The notes: a model not told the origin generated them from the letters alone. Positions 37,191 to 47,395 are shown, counted from the stretch's first letter. The stretch is 64,000 bases of DNA from Syntrophales bacterium (GCA_963662405.2 CAXXKT010000003.1:384001-448000), one strand, 5' to 3'. Translations and numbers: made by a program.

Positions 37191-37230
37191 TCTTTTATGC
37201 TAAATTAATTTCTTTAATGCTAAATGTCAA
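37191..37230. promoter_or_regulatory. operator-like direct repeat overlapping a minus-strand TTGACA
   Basis: TCTTTTATGCTAAAT / TCTTTAATGCTAAAT with 20-bp period, in the divergent intergenic region. Confidence 0.5.
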
Positions 37231-37296
37231 GGAAAGTTTTCTCCCCCAGAGATTTCTTTGGTGGATATTCGATTTCTTTTTTGCTACATTTTCACC

Positions 37297-37566
37297 ATGA
37301 AACTGCAACGGTTATCTCCCGAATATCTTTTGGAATTGGGAACCCGCATCAAGACGATACGGACGTACCTGAAATACGATCAGCGGCGGCTCGCCCGGTA
37401 TCTGCAAACCGCCGCCTCCCAGCTCTCGAAAATAGAGGCAGGCAAGGCGGAACCGGGCATCTACCATCTGCTGATGATTAAAAAGCTTGCGGACACAGAC
37501 GACTATTTACGGGAACACCTGACCTGGTCATGGCTGCTCGAAGGCAAAGGGAAAGGGGTCTTTTAG
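37297..37566 (+). CDS. XRE-family HTH regulator
   Basis: RIKTIR..DQRRLA..ASQLSKIEAGKAEP. Confidence 0.85.
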   Translation: MKLQRLSPEYLLELGTRIKTIRTYLKYDQRRLARYLQTAASQLSKIEAGKAEPGIYHLLMIKKLADTDDYLREHLTWSWLLEGKGKGVF

Positions 37567-37572
37567 ATTGGT

Positions 37573-38808
37573 ATGGCGCACCGGCATTCGGGAGAAATTC
37601 AGCAAAGGGTCCGGCAGGCAGACAGAGATCTTTGGAATGCCCTGAAGAAGGAATCGACCGTTTCTCTCGTCGAACGAATCGTTGAAAACGCCGATGAGGA
37701 TGCGTTGGCAGTCCTTCATGATACGCGTACCGTTTTCTGCTACATGGGGAAGCGATTAAGGTTTGTCGAATTCCTCAATATACTGAAAGAGAAAAAAAGA
37801 AATGACCTGATAAGGTCCGGTTCCCTGATCGATGTTGATTACGTGGTGGAACGGGTCTATGATCTGACGGTGGCCAAGTTCCAGAATTTTCCCGTAAAGG
37901 ATCAAAAGAAGAAAGATCGAAAGAAGAAAGATCGAAGGAATGAGGAGGAAAAGCCAGATCGAGAATTCGCCGAAAATGTGGATTGCAGAAACTATTTCAA
38001 TGCATTCTTGATCAAGATGGAAGAGGTGCGGCGTGAGGGGAAGATAACATCTGAAATCGATGAGGAACAGGCGGCCGGTGAAATGCTGAAAATTCTGGTG
38101 TTCCGGCACTTCAGGCTTTCACTTAAAGAATGTCTTCGAAACAATGCACACTCTGTCCCTTATCAATGGAAGGTGGCCAGCACGAAAATCACCCTCTACT
38201 ATCCCCGGCATATGGGACCGGATCAATTTAAAACATGGCTTGAAGAAAATATCGACGTTCCTGGACCGAAGACAGATGTGAGATTGGAAAAGAAGCGCAT
38301 ACAACAGCGCATCGATGAAGAACTGAAAACAGGATACAGCGTTTCCTGCGATGAGCCATCTATCAATACTGAATTGAAAAGCGACGACAATCGGGCTCTC
38401 GAGGATCGCGAGGGGCAAAAATTTGTCGTGTCCTTGAGTGAGTGTGTGGCACGGGAAAAATCGGAGCATTTCACAGAACTGCGGCCAGCTATCAGGGCCC
38501 TCGGCTCGAAAGGCGTGTATAATCTGGTCCTCCGCATCTTTGCCGATATAACCGAGGGCGCCTACAACCTAAAAGAGGTCGCACAGAGCTTCGGGCTCAG
38601 CAAGGCATCTCTGAGCCGGTTTGCCGGTCCTGCCTGGTCGGGGAACGCTCGGCAGGAGATCCCCGATCTCTGGGCCAATACCGCCCATGTGCTTGCGGGG
38701 AATACCTTGTTTTCGGAAGTAGTCGAGAATGCAGGATTCGCAGGCGTAATCGATGATGTCTTGACCATGATCGCACCGGGGGAGGAGTGTGAAAATGGAT
38801 ACACGTAA
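37573..38808 (+). CDS. hypothetical helical protein with C-terminal sigma4-like HTH
   Basis: YNLKEVAQSFGLSKASLSRF HTH; otherwise unrecognised. Confidence 0.6.
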   Translation: MAHRHSGEIQQRVRQADRDLWNALKKESTVSLVERIVENADEDALAVLHDTRTVFCYMGKRLRFVEFLNILKEKKRNDLIRSGSLIDVDYVVERVYDLTVAKFQNFPVKDQKKKDRKKKDRRNEEEKPDREFAENVDCRNYFNAFLIKMEEVRREGKITSEIDEEQAAGEMLKILVFRHFRLSLKECLRNNAHSVPYQWKVASTKITLYYPRHMGPDQFKTWLEENIDVPGPKTDVRLEKKRIQQRIDEELKTGYSVSCDEPSINTELKSDDNRALEDREGQKFVVSLSECVAREKSEHFTELRPAIRALGSKGVYNLVLRIFADITEGAYNLKEVAQSFGLSKASLSRFAGPAWSGNARQEIPDLWANTAHVLAGNTLFSEVVENAGFAGVIDDVLTMIAPGEECENGYT

Positions 38809-39502
38809 GAATCTCTATTTTCTTCCTCTTATTGATGAGGCCCTGGGCAGTCATGAGCCGGAGGAAGCGTTGAAGAATGCCTTCACCGCCATACGCAGAC
38901 TCGGCAGGAAGCCCGAGTATGAAAGAGGATATACCCAGTTCAGGAGATTCATGAAGGCATACGTCGAAGCCTATTCGCACGTGCCCGGGTACGAACTCAT
39001 TATGCACGAAGCCATCTATCATCTGATCGACGATCTGGCCGCGGACACATACGAGGGATCAGAAGAGGAGAAACCGGCGCTCATTGAAGCATTGTCAAGA
39101 AACCCACAATGGCGGACTGCATACGAGCATGCGAAAGAGACACTGGCTGAGTTTCGCGCCCCTTCTCCTGAGTTGGCCATCGAGGTGTTGAAGGATGGCG
39201 AGACGATCGCCTCTCTTCCTGTATCGGAGATCCCCTTCAGCCTGACGGATATCGAGCCGGGGCGCTATACGGTACGTCTCTCCAACGGCAGGGTTCTCTG
39301 GGAGGGCCTCCTGGAAAAGAAGCACCTCCTCTGGTGGGAAGCGTATGGCCAAAGCGATCTTCCGATGGCGGCGAAAACCGAAGAGGATGCCCCTCGACCT
39401 ACGGTATCCGAATCTCTTATGGGCGGCGATGTGACAATGGATGTGATTCCTGATCTTCAAAGCGGGGAGATACGCTTCAGTCATGGAGAGCAAAGACGAT
39501 AA
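38795..39502 (+). CDS. hypothetical protein, helical N-terminus and beta-sandwich C-terminus (anti-sigma-like)
   Basis: Overlaps upstream gene; FSLTDIEPGRYTVRL motif. Confidence 0.55.
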   Translation: MDTRKNLYFLPLIDEALGSHEPEEALKNAFTAIRRLGRKPEYERGYTQFRRFMKAYVEAYSHVPGYELIMHEAIYHLIDDLAADTYEGSEEEKPALIEALSRNPQWRTAYEHAKETLAEFRAPSPELAIEVLKDGETIASLPVSEIPFSLTDIEPGRYTVRLSNGRVLWEGLLEKKHLLWWEAYGQSDLPMAAKTEEDAPRPTVSESLMGGDVTMDVIPDLQSGEIRFSHGEQRR

Positions 39503-41174
39503 CAGGACCATCGGCAAAACAAAGACCGCAATCCTTTTGAAAGACACACGGGAACCGATAGCGATCATCACCGAGATATACGCGCAGGCTACCTCAGCAG
39601 ACCCTGAAGTGAAGATCACTTTTCATGGTCCCGTCACAGTCGAGGACAAAACGATTGTGCACCTTGAAACGGTCATCTTCCCGATCGTCAGCACCATATC
39701 GCATTCTCTCGGCCTTCCATCCCGCAACTTTGACATTTCCATTTCGAATGTGGGCGCCTCGTCAGCGAGAGATCTGGGCCTGAAGATCGCGGGTTTCTCC
39801 GCAGACGTTCCTTTCTTTCTGTCCATGCTCTCCGCCGGCACAGGAGCTGGTCTTCGACAGGATGTGATCGCTACGGGGCACATTGCCTCACTGGCCGGAG
39901 ATGTCGCGCCGGTTCTGGGTATCCCAGCCAAGATGGAAGCCGCCGTCGCTGCCGGCACTATCTCGGAGTTCCTCTTCCCGGATATTGAACATGATATGTC
40001 CGCAGCGCTCCTCATACCGAAAGACGAATTGAGTGCAGCTAAAAAATCCTTCTACCGATACAAAGGGGAAATCGGCCTCACAACCATCAGAGATATCCAT
40101 GACGCGATACAGATCTTTTTCACCGACGATGCCGTCGCCGTGTCTGCCCTTGCGAAGGGATTTTTCGACGGAAAAGCCGAAGCAACAAGGGACAACACCC
40201 CCCTGAACCGATCCGTCGCATTCTTTCTCGATGACAACGAAAATCGTTTCTGGCGCACCTTGAAAGACCTCCTGTTCCGCAAAGAATCCGAAAAGGCACG
40301 ATCCCTCATCCAGACTTTCATCGACTACCATCGTGCGCGAGAACGGTACCCGCGCAATTTCGGCGAGCGGCTGTACCGGCTGGCCATGTCACTGCCGCTT
40401 TTGGTCAGGAAACTCGATGGCCTCTTCCCGCTTCTCTCGGTCGATCAATGCATCGCCCTGTCTCGCCATGCGAAGCCAGCGGACCACACCGATGTCCAGC
40501 TGCTCTATCGACTGACATCACCGAATGAATTCACGAAACACATAGCTGACGAGAGTTCGGAAGCCGCAGGTACAGCACATGAAGAGGATCCGGAAGATCA
40601 GATGGTACGGAAGGTCCTGTTTGAACTGAGCGAGGTACATCTTGCACGAAAGATCGGCATGCCTCTGGATGAAGCACGGGCAAGCTATTTCCCCGGTACG
40701 ATCACCATAAAGGATGCTTTTGAATTCAACCAGGCAATTACCAGCTTCTATATTCACCTGATGCGGCATACGCAGTCACCCGAAGGTCATGTGTCATGGG
40801 ACGCCGCCGCATCCGAGGCATTAGATCGGTTGGAGGATTCATTTCGCAACAGGGGAGGCTATGCGACCGCCCTGACCGAAGCAAAAACGGGTATAAAGGG
40901 AGGCCTCCGTTTCGTATTCGACGTGATGACCGATAGCGAAAAATCGGTCATGAAGGCAAAGTATACGGCCATGATTCTCAAGGAGGCCATCGGTTCACTC
41001 GACTGGGAGGCGAAGGTTCGATGCGCCCGGCATATGCAGGATAGATACGGGCGGCATTTGCCGGAAGCATTCAAGGAAATACAACCCGAACAGCTTGCCC
41101 ATCGTTTGGAAGAAGCTCTGCGGTTTCTGTCGGAAGGAGAGAAAGATATAGATCACTGGCTGAGAACACACTAA
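39483..41174 (+). CDS. Lon/S16-type protease domain fused to C-terminal helical domain (paralog 1)
   Basis: GFSAD (Ser106), ATGHI, APVLGIPAK (Lys150) match Lon proteolytic motifs; no Walker motifs seen. Confidence 0.75.
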   Translation: MESKDDNRTIGKTKTAILLKDTREPIAIITEIYAQATSADPEVKITFHGPVTVEDKTIVHLETVIFPIVSTISHSLGLPSRNFDISISNVGASSARDLGLKIAGFSADVPFFLSMLSAGTGAGLRQDVIATGHIASLAGDVAPVLGIPAKMEAAVAAGTISEFLFPDIEHDMSAALLIPKDELSAAKKSFYRYKGEIGLTTIRDIHDAIQIFFTDDAVAVSALAKGFFDGKAEATRDNTPLNRSVAFFLDDNENRFWRTLKDLLFRKESEKARSLIQTFIDYHRARERYPRNFGERLYRLAMSLPLLVRKLDGLFPLLSVDQCIALSRHAKPADHTDVQLLYRLTSPNEFTKHIADESSEAAGTAHEEDPEDQMVRKVLFELSEVHLARKIGMPLDEARASYFPGTITIKDAFEFNQAITSFYIHLMRHTQSPEGHVSWDAAASEALDRLEDSFRNRGGYATALTEAKTGIKGGLRFVFDVMTDSEKSVMKAKYTAMILKEAIGSLDWEAKVRCARHMQDRYGRHLPEAFKEIQPEQLAHRLEEALRFLSEGEKDIDHWLRTH

Positions 41175-41188
41175 TCGAGGAGGAGAAA

Positions 41189-41770
41189 ATGTCTACGATA
41201 GATAGTCTTTGTGATGCCCTGGATGAAGTGGCAATTGCTCAACATGTGGGGATTGCCCATGATGAAGCACGGGCTTTTTACAGCCCGCGGAAAAACACGG
41301 TTTCCAGTTTTGATGAATTCAGCGATATGATCGGCGAGTATTACAGCTATCACATCGGGAAATGCGTCGTTCAAGGCGGCAGAATTGCGAGCTATGAAGC
41401 GGTGGGCCGGGCCAGCGAAATTGTGGAGAATGCATACAAACGCCAGGGAGGCAATCTCATGTCCGCCTACCGGAATGCGAGCGATGGAACCAACGGGGGC
41501 ATGAGGGTCATATTGGATGTAATCGCCGATCGGCTGAAGGAAGAATCAGTCGAACGATATGTCCGGCATGCCTTTAACAGGCATGTCGATCCGAGCTCAT
41601 GGGATCAGAAAGTAGGGATCATCCGACAATTTATTGACCGGAACCGGCATCTGCTTGGTTCGGCTATCGATTCTTCGCATCCGGAACGGTATGCGCAGAA
41701 TTACGACGAACTCATACGAGCGTTCATGGATGCACTGAAAAAATCATCGAACCTCTTCAGAAAATATTAG
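41189..41770 (+). CDS. uncharacterised helical protein (paralog 2)
   Basis: GAGGAGG RBS; aligns by eye with the C-terminus of 39483..41174. Confidence 0.8.
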   Translation: MSTIDSLCDALDEVAIAQHVGIAHDEARAFYSPRKNTVSSFDEFSDMIGEYYSYHIGKCVVQGGRIASYEAVGRASEIVENAYKRQGGNLMSAYRNASDGTNGGMRVILDVIADRLKEESVERYVRHAFNRHVDPSSWDQKVGIIRQFIDRNRHLLGSAIDSSHPERYAQNYDELIRAFMDALKKSSNLFRKY

Positions 41771-41781
41771 GAGCAGGGGCC

Positions 41782-42351
41782 ATGTCGACACGGTTGGAGG
41801 AACTTATCGAGAGTATTGATCCGGTAAACATTATAGACAGGGTATCCATCGCTGTAGATGAAGCCTTCAATTCCTTTAAGTATGACAGACCCATAGGGTC
41901 ATTCGACGATTATGAGAAATACATGTCCGAATTTGTGCAACACATAGAACAGGTCGTCATCGGTTACAGGACGACCCATCCGGACGCCAGGGATTTTTTC
42001 TGGACACGGTATTCGAATCTTGTAAACAGGAAACAGGGACCGGATGCATGGAAGATGAACTACGAAAAGGTCCTTACCGGTAAGAGCGGCGGAACATACC
42101 AGCTTCTCAAAGATGTGGCTGCTATGATCCTGGAGGAGCAAAGCGGGCGACAGATCTCGACAAGAGTCTGGAACTTCTGGAATTCCCTGGACAACGATGA
42201 AAAGCTGGATACGGTGAATGAATTCTTGCGTAAATTCGGGCGAATTTTGCCGTCTGAGTATACCAGTGGGGTTTACTTGAAAATAAATTTCCCCCAGGTG
42301 CTGGAGAAATATCCGCAATTGCTGTTGGAGATCAGACGTGCTGTGGGGTAG
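41782..42351 (+). CDS. uncharacterised helical protein (paralog 3)
   Basis: VDEA..SF..TGKSGG..SLD..EK..FGRILP aligns with paralogs. Confidence 0.78.
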   Translation: MSTRLEELIESIDPVNIIDRVSIAVDEAFNSFKYDRPIGSFDDYEKYMSEFVQHIEQVVIGYRTTHPDARDFFWTRYSNLVNRKQGPDAWKMNYEKVLTGKSGGTYQLLKDVAAMILEEQSGRQISTRVWNFWNSLDNDEKLDTVNEFLRKFGRILPSEYTSGVYLKINFPQVLEKYPQLLLEIRRAVG

Positions 42352-42431
42352 GGGAACAAAAAAAGGCTACAAGCAGTTTTTATTGCAGATCTTACGTCTT
42401 ATAGCTTTGCATAAACAAAGGAGGTGACTTG

Positions 42432-43577
42432 ATGCATCAAATTATTTTCTATCCCGTGGGTAACGGTGATACCAGCCAAATCATACTAGAGAATGGCAAG
42501 CGAATCCTGTTCGATTTTAGGCATCTGAAGAAAGCGGAGGACGGAAAGGAACCGGAAATTGATTTGGCTGCTCGCTTAAAAAAAGAATTGAAGGATTGCG
42601 ATAGGACGTCTTTCGATGTCGTCGCCTTCACACATGGAGACGCTGATCACATCGAGAACAGTACGGAATTCTTTGAATTACTCCATGCTGAGAAGTATCA
42701 TGGTGATGGTCGAATCAAAATTAATGAGCTCTGGGTCCCCGCGGCAATGATCCTCGAAACGGCGGCGAATGATGAACAGAGCGCCGAATTCGTCACCTGG
42801 AGGCAAGAGGCTCGTTACAGATTGAAAGAGGGGAAAGGCATCAGGGTTTTCTCAAAGCCAGACAAGCTGAAAGAATGGTTGAAAGAAAACGATCTAACGG
42901 TTGACTCCCGGCGGCATATGATCACCGACGCAGGACAACTTGTTCCCGAATTCACCATAGGGAACGATGGAGTTGAATTCTTCTGCCATTCCCCATTTGT
43001 CATGAGCGTTGATGATTGCGACGAAGGTCAAAGAAATGAAGCTGCCCTCATCTTCAATGTCCGTTTCCAAGCAGGCTCAAACATTTTTGACTATTTTGCA
43101 GTCGGCGACTCCGAATGGGAAACACTGGAAGAAATCATCCAAACAACTAAGAATCATAATAATCAGGATCGGCTTGCATGGGACATCTACAGCTTGCCGC
43201 ATCATTGTAGCTATAAAACCCTGAGCGACGAAAAAGGGGAAAAGGAGACTATACCCAAGCCTTTGATCAAAGAGTTTCTATTGCAGGGAAAAGACAATGC
43301 CTACATCGTTAGTTCTAGCAACCCTATCGAAGATACGAAGGAAGGTCTGGAACAAACACAGCCACCTCATATCCAAGCGAAAAAGTGCTACGAGCGTTAC
43401 CTTACGGAAATCGGAGGGGCAAAGCTTCTGGTCACTATGGAGGAACCGAATAGAACAAAGCCAGAGCCTCTGATATTTGAAATCGATAGTAACGGTATCA
43501 GCCGAGGAGGGAAAATCCTAGGCTCAGGAATAACCGTCATAACCTCCAGACCAGCACCGAGGGCTGGTGTAAAATGA
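42432..43577 (+). CDS. metallo-beta-lactamase-fold hydrolase with C-terminal PRAG tail
   Basis: VGNGD, THGDADH, GD, PHHCS; ends SRPAPRAG-VK. Confidence 0.85.
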   Translation: MHQIIFYPVGNGDTSQIILENGKRILFDFRHLKKAEDGKEPEIDLAARLKKELKDCDRTSFDVVAFTHGDADHIENSTEFFELLHAEKYHGDGRIKINELWVPAAMILETAANDEQSAEFVTWRQEARYRLKEGKGIRVFSKPDKLKEWLKENDLTVDSRRHMITDAGQLVPEFTIGNDGVEFFCHSPFVMSVDDCDEGQRNEAALIFNVRFQAGSNIFDYFAVGDSEWETLEEIIQTTKNHNNQDRLAWDIYSLPHHCSYKTLSDEKGEKETIPKPLIKEFLLQGKDNAYIVSSSNPIEDTKEGLEQTQPPHIQAKKCYERYLTEIGGAKLLVTMEEPNRTKPEPLIFEIDSNGISRGGKILGSGITVITSRPAPRAGVK

Positions 43578-45961
43578 CTGTCGAATTCATCTTTTTCGGA
43601 GATCCATATCCTGACCTCAGCCCTGATAATTTGAGGCAGAATGTATCAAAAAAGATTTTAAAGCTCTGCAAGGCAAGCAAAGAGTTTCGGATCGTTGAGC
43701 TGCGGTATAGAAGTCAAGATGCAAGGGTTTCTGACATCATCATCGTCGATTGTATGAACGATCAGATCCCTACTAGGAATCCCCACGGCATTAAAGTGCG
43801 GGAAAGGCTCGCTCTTGTTTTTACCCCAGAGATACTGCCAGAAGTAAGGGCTCTAAGGGCTAACTTTCCGATACTCCCACATATGATTTACGTCTCGCCG
43901 GGTGAACCAGCATTGCTGTGCCTGTATACGGACACGTGGCAGGCACTGGAGAGGACCTGGACACCACATAAACATCTGCAGCAGATACTATCGTGGCTCT
44001 CTGATTCGGCCAAGGGAACACTGCACCGGGGTGATCAACCCTTAGAGCCACTCTATTTCGAGAGTCTTTTTGAGATCGTATTGCCCCCTGATCTTGATGA
44101 AAAGGTTGAAAACCCCAATTTTGTCTTAATCCCTCAAGCCATAAAGATTGAGCGACCACCTTTGAATTTCAAAGTAGTTCGATGCTATTTCCAAGATAAA
44201 AAGTTGATATCAGCACAAGGGAAAGTGAAGGATAAAGTGTCAAGGATACCACTAATCGGAGCTCCCTCCGGGAAATACATATTCGTTGATTCATTGTTTG
44301 TACCACATGAGAGCAATGAAAATAAGAAGCTACCTCGCTTTGAAATCTTGACGGTTACCGGCCCATCTATAGTGCACGGCATTATCGAGCAGTATCCTCG
44401 GACACTAGGAGAGCTTGACGATCAAATGATGGCGCGAGGTGGTTCAATCCTAGAGTCGCTGAAAAATGTAATTCAAGAGAAAGCTCATGGCGGAATAATC
44501 TGTGAGGATTCAAGTGAATGCTTACTCATCCTGTCAATGCAACTGAAACGCGCAGCTGATGCCCAGCCTGAAGAAAAACACAAGAAAGCATTTGAAATCA
44601 TATCCGATCTTGCCGGACTCGGTGAAAAAACAGGTGCGTTGACGAAGAGCCCCACTGACGAAAAGTGGTACAATATTCCTACAGATAACAAGCAAGACTG
44701 GCGCAAAATCAAGATATGGCCCATCGAGGTTAAAACCGCCAATACGCAGGATTTAGCCCGTGTTGCGTCTGATGTTGACTTATTGACGGCAGATTTCATG
44801 GGAGTGTTAGCCGGTGTTGGTGCCTTGGGAGGATCTTTGGCAGAAATCTGGTCAAAGGAACGCTGGGGGGGGTGGAGCTTCATCGATCCGGATATTGTAA
44901 AATCACACAACATTATACGCCATATTGCCAGAGACTTTCATGTCGGTGCTTTTAAAGCCGATGTAGTTAAAGACATGGTGGCATACAATTATCAAGACGG
45001 TTATTATCATGCCTTCTCCATTCACAGAAGCGCCAATGATTTTAATTCAGATGTTGTTAGAGAAACTATTTCAAAAGCAGAGTTTCTTGTGGATGCCACA
45101 ACGACCATAGAGATACCTCGTGATTTAGCTCAGAAAGATGATGTGCCTCGCTCAGTGTCCGTATTCCTAACTCCTAGTGGGAAAGGGTCCGCTCTTCTAA
45201 TGGAATCGGAGGATCGTTTGCTGAGGTTGGATGCCCTTGAAGCACAGTATTATCGTGCTATTGTCAATGAGGAATGGGGAAAAGATCATTTAGAGGGACA
45301 CAAAGGAAATATAAGAGTCGGAGCCGGATGCCGCGATGCATCCGCCATTATCTCCTATGAAGCTATCCAGTTACATGCTGCCGTAATAGCACGCCAAGTT
45401 AGGCTATTACGAGATAAGGCTGCGGCACGCATCCAGGTGTGGTCTGGCAACTCTGTTACAGGTGCGCTTGCAGCTTATACGATTCCCGTTTATGCAGTCA
45501 ATAGATTTAACTGCGATGGTTGGCGTGTGATCATGGACTATGGCTTAAAAGAAAAACTGGCTGCAATAAGGATGTCTCACCTTCCCAATGAGACCGGGGG
45601 TATTATACTTGGGTATATAGACCACAAATTGAACCATATTTACATTGTTGATGTCCTTAACGCACCTATTGATAGTGAGGCAGATCTGACAGGGTTCACA
45701 AGGGGAGTACAGGGCTTGAGGGCTGCACTCGGTGAGGTTTGCCAGAGGACAGCTGGCATCGTCGGCTATATTGGCGAATGGCATTCCCATCCAGAATTTA
45801 CATCTGCCTATCCTAGCTCACTCGACCGCACTCTTATCAAAGAACTTGCAGCTGGTTTGGAACTAGACGGACATCCTGCTTTGATGATCATCGTTGGACG
45901 AACCGGAGAAGTTTCTGTGTCGGTTAAAGAAGCAGGGACTCGTGAATGTACAGTTATGTAA
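43574..45961 (+). CDS. prokaryotic E2-E1(ThiF)-JAB fusion protein
   Basis: E2 PEV..FP..PH..LCL; E1 GVGALG, DPDIVKSHNIIRH, GAGC; JAB ETGG, GEWHSHP..S..D. Confidence 0.88.
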   Translation: MTVEFIFFGDPYPDLSPDNLRQNVSKKILKLCKASKEFRIVELRYRSQDARVSDIIIVDCMNDQIPTRNPHGIKVRERLALVFTPEILPEVRALRANFPILPHMIYVSPGEPALLCLYTDTWQALERTWTPHKHLQQILSWLSDSAKGTLHRGDQPLEPLYFESLFEIVLPPDLDEKVENPNFVLIPQAIKIERPPLNFKVVRCYFQDKKLISAQGKVKDKVSRIPLIGAPSGKYIFVDSLFVPHESNENKKLPRFEILTVTGPSIVHGIIEQYPRTLGELDDQMMARGGSILESLKNVIQEKAHGGIICEDSSECLLILSMQLKRAADAQPEEKHKKAFEIISDLAGLGEKTGALTKSPTDEKWYNIPTDNKQDWRKIKIWPIEVKTANTQDLARVASDVDLLTADFMGVLAGVGALGGSLAEIWSKERWGGWSFIDPDIVKSHNIIRHIARDFHVGAFKADVVKDMVAYNYQDGYYHAFSIHRSANDFNSDVVRETISKAEFLVDATTTIEIPRDLAQKDDVPRSVSVFLTPSGKGSALLMESEDRLLRLDALEAQYYRAIVNEEWGKDHLEGHKGNIRVGAGCRDASAIISYEAIQLHAAVIARQVRLLRDKAAARIQVWSGNSVTGALAAYTIPVYAVNRFNCDGWRVIMDYGLKEKLAAIRMSHLPNETGGIILGYIDHKLNHIYIVDVLNAPIDSEADLTGFTRGVQGLRAALGEVCQRTAGIVGYIGEWHSHPEFTSAYPSSLDRTLIKELAAGLELDGHPALMIIVGRTGEVSVSVKEAGTRECTVM

Positions 45962-45988
45962 TTTCTTCCTGGGGGAAAGGAGGACCAT

Positions 45989-46486
45989 ATGAAGGATATC
46001 CTAAGCAAAATTTCGTCATACAATCTTTTCAATTACCTTCTACCGGGCATTATTTTTGCGGTTCTTGCCGAACGAATTACAGTTTACAAGATAATCCAGA
46101 GCGACATAATCGTTGGGCTATTTCTCTACTATTTTTTAGGCTTGGTGATCAGTCGTATAGGATCGTTAATAATTGAGCCCGCTATGAAGAAGGTCTCTTT
46201 CGTAAAGTTTGCTTCATACAAAGACTATGTCAGTGTTTCCGCTAAGGACCCGACTTTAGAAACATTATCTGAAGTCAACAACATGTATAGGACATTATGT
46301 GCCCTTTTTTTAATGCTCCTCGCGACTAAAGCTTTCGAATCCATCACGATGTGTGTCAATATGAGCGGCAAAATATCAGCATACATCCTTTTTGTTGTGC
46401 TTTTAGTGCTATTCGCACTTTCCTACCGTAAGCAAACAAAATACATCACCAAACGCATAGAGGCTGGCAAAGATGAGCATCGTTAA
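45989..46486 (+). CDS. multi-TM membrane protein
   Basis: AGGAGG RBS; about four hydrophobic segments. Confidence 0.75.
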   Translation: MKDILSKISSYNLFNYLLPGIIFAVLAERITVYKIIQSDIIVGLFLYYFLGLVISRIGSLIIEPAMKKVSFVKFASYKDYVSVSAKDPTLETLSEVNNMYRTLCALFLMLLATKAFESITMCVNMSGKISAYILFVVLLVLFALSYRKQTKYITKRIEAGKDEHR

Positions 46487-47328
46487 ATCGCTGTCCGTCG
46501 GAGACGGGGACATGTTTTATATCAAGCACGGTACAGACAATTTTACGATCATTGATTGTTGCTTGGAAGAGGCATGCCGTGAAGAGATCGTATCAGAGTT
46601 GAAACGCGAAAGCGCTGATAAATCGATTAAGCGGTTTATCTCAACCCACCCGGATGACGACCATACTGAACTTTTACTGTGTACGGAATGAGGCGACCAA
46701 GAAAGATTACACTGATGATTTCGACCGGTATTGCAGTTTAAGGGACTCCGACAAGGCCTTTTACCTCTATGAAGGCTGTACGCGAAAGTGGTTAAACAAG
46801 AACGACGAAGGAGAACACGGTAGCTCCGGGATTACTATTCTGTGGCCAGACAGGACAAACGAGTATTACAAGGCCGCTTTGGTGGCTGCCAAAAATGGAA
46901 AGGATCCAAATAATATCTCGCCGATTATCAAGTACAATCTGCGTGGTGGAGCCACATTCTTGTGGATGGGCGATATGGAATCCGATTTTATGGAGAACAT
47001 TGAGGATAGTCTCATCCTTCCGGCGGTAGACATATTATTTGCACCACACCATGGGCGAGACAGCGGCAAGATCCCACAGTCACTTCTTGATCAAATGTCT
47101 CCTAAGATCATCCTTATCGGGGAAGCGCCATCAATGCATCTGAATTATTACGACGACTACAACTCTATCACTCAGAACTCTGCAGGGGATATCATATTTG
47201 AGTGTACTGGTACACTGGTCCACATATACGGTTCTAATGACTCATACGAAGTTGATTTTTTAGAGGACTACTTATGTGACAATACTCATGGGTACTACAT
47301 CGGAACGCTCGACTCCTTTCAGCGATAA
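46473..47328 (+). pseudogene. second MBL-fold (ComEC/Rec2-like) hydrolase, frameshifted near 46665
   Basis: SVGDGD..IIDC..THPDDDH in one frame; MGD and APHHGR in the next frame. Confidence 0.78.
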
Positions 47329-47367
47329 TAAAAAAACCTTCACATATTTTTCAAAAAGGCACTATCT

Positions 47368-47395
47368 TGAAACAATAATTCGTTCCCCTCCGCTT
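47368..47395 (+). promoter_or_regulatory. TGAAACAAT-N12-TCCGCTT motif, copy 1
   Basis: 22 bp upstream of the ATPase start; same motif and spacing at 50542. Confidence 0.55.

Noticed and set aside
42432..43577. Antibiotic-resistance beta-lactamase
   Set aside because: No signal peptide; ComEC-like motif set and defence-type context
42432..47328. Canonical CBASS or Pycsar
   Set aside because: No CD-NTase or cyclase motif is visible in the cassette
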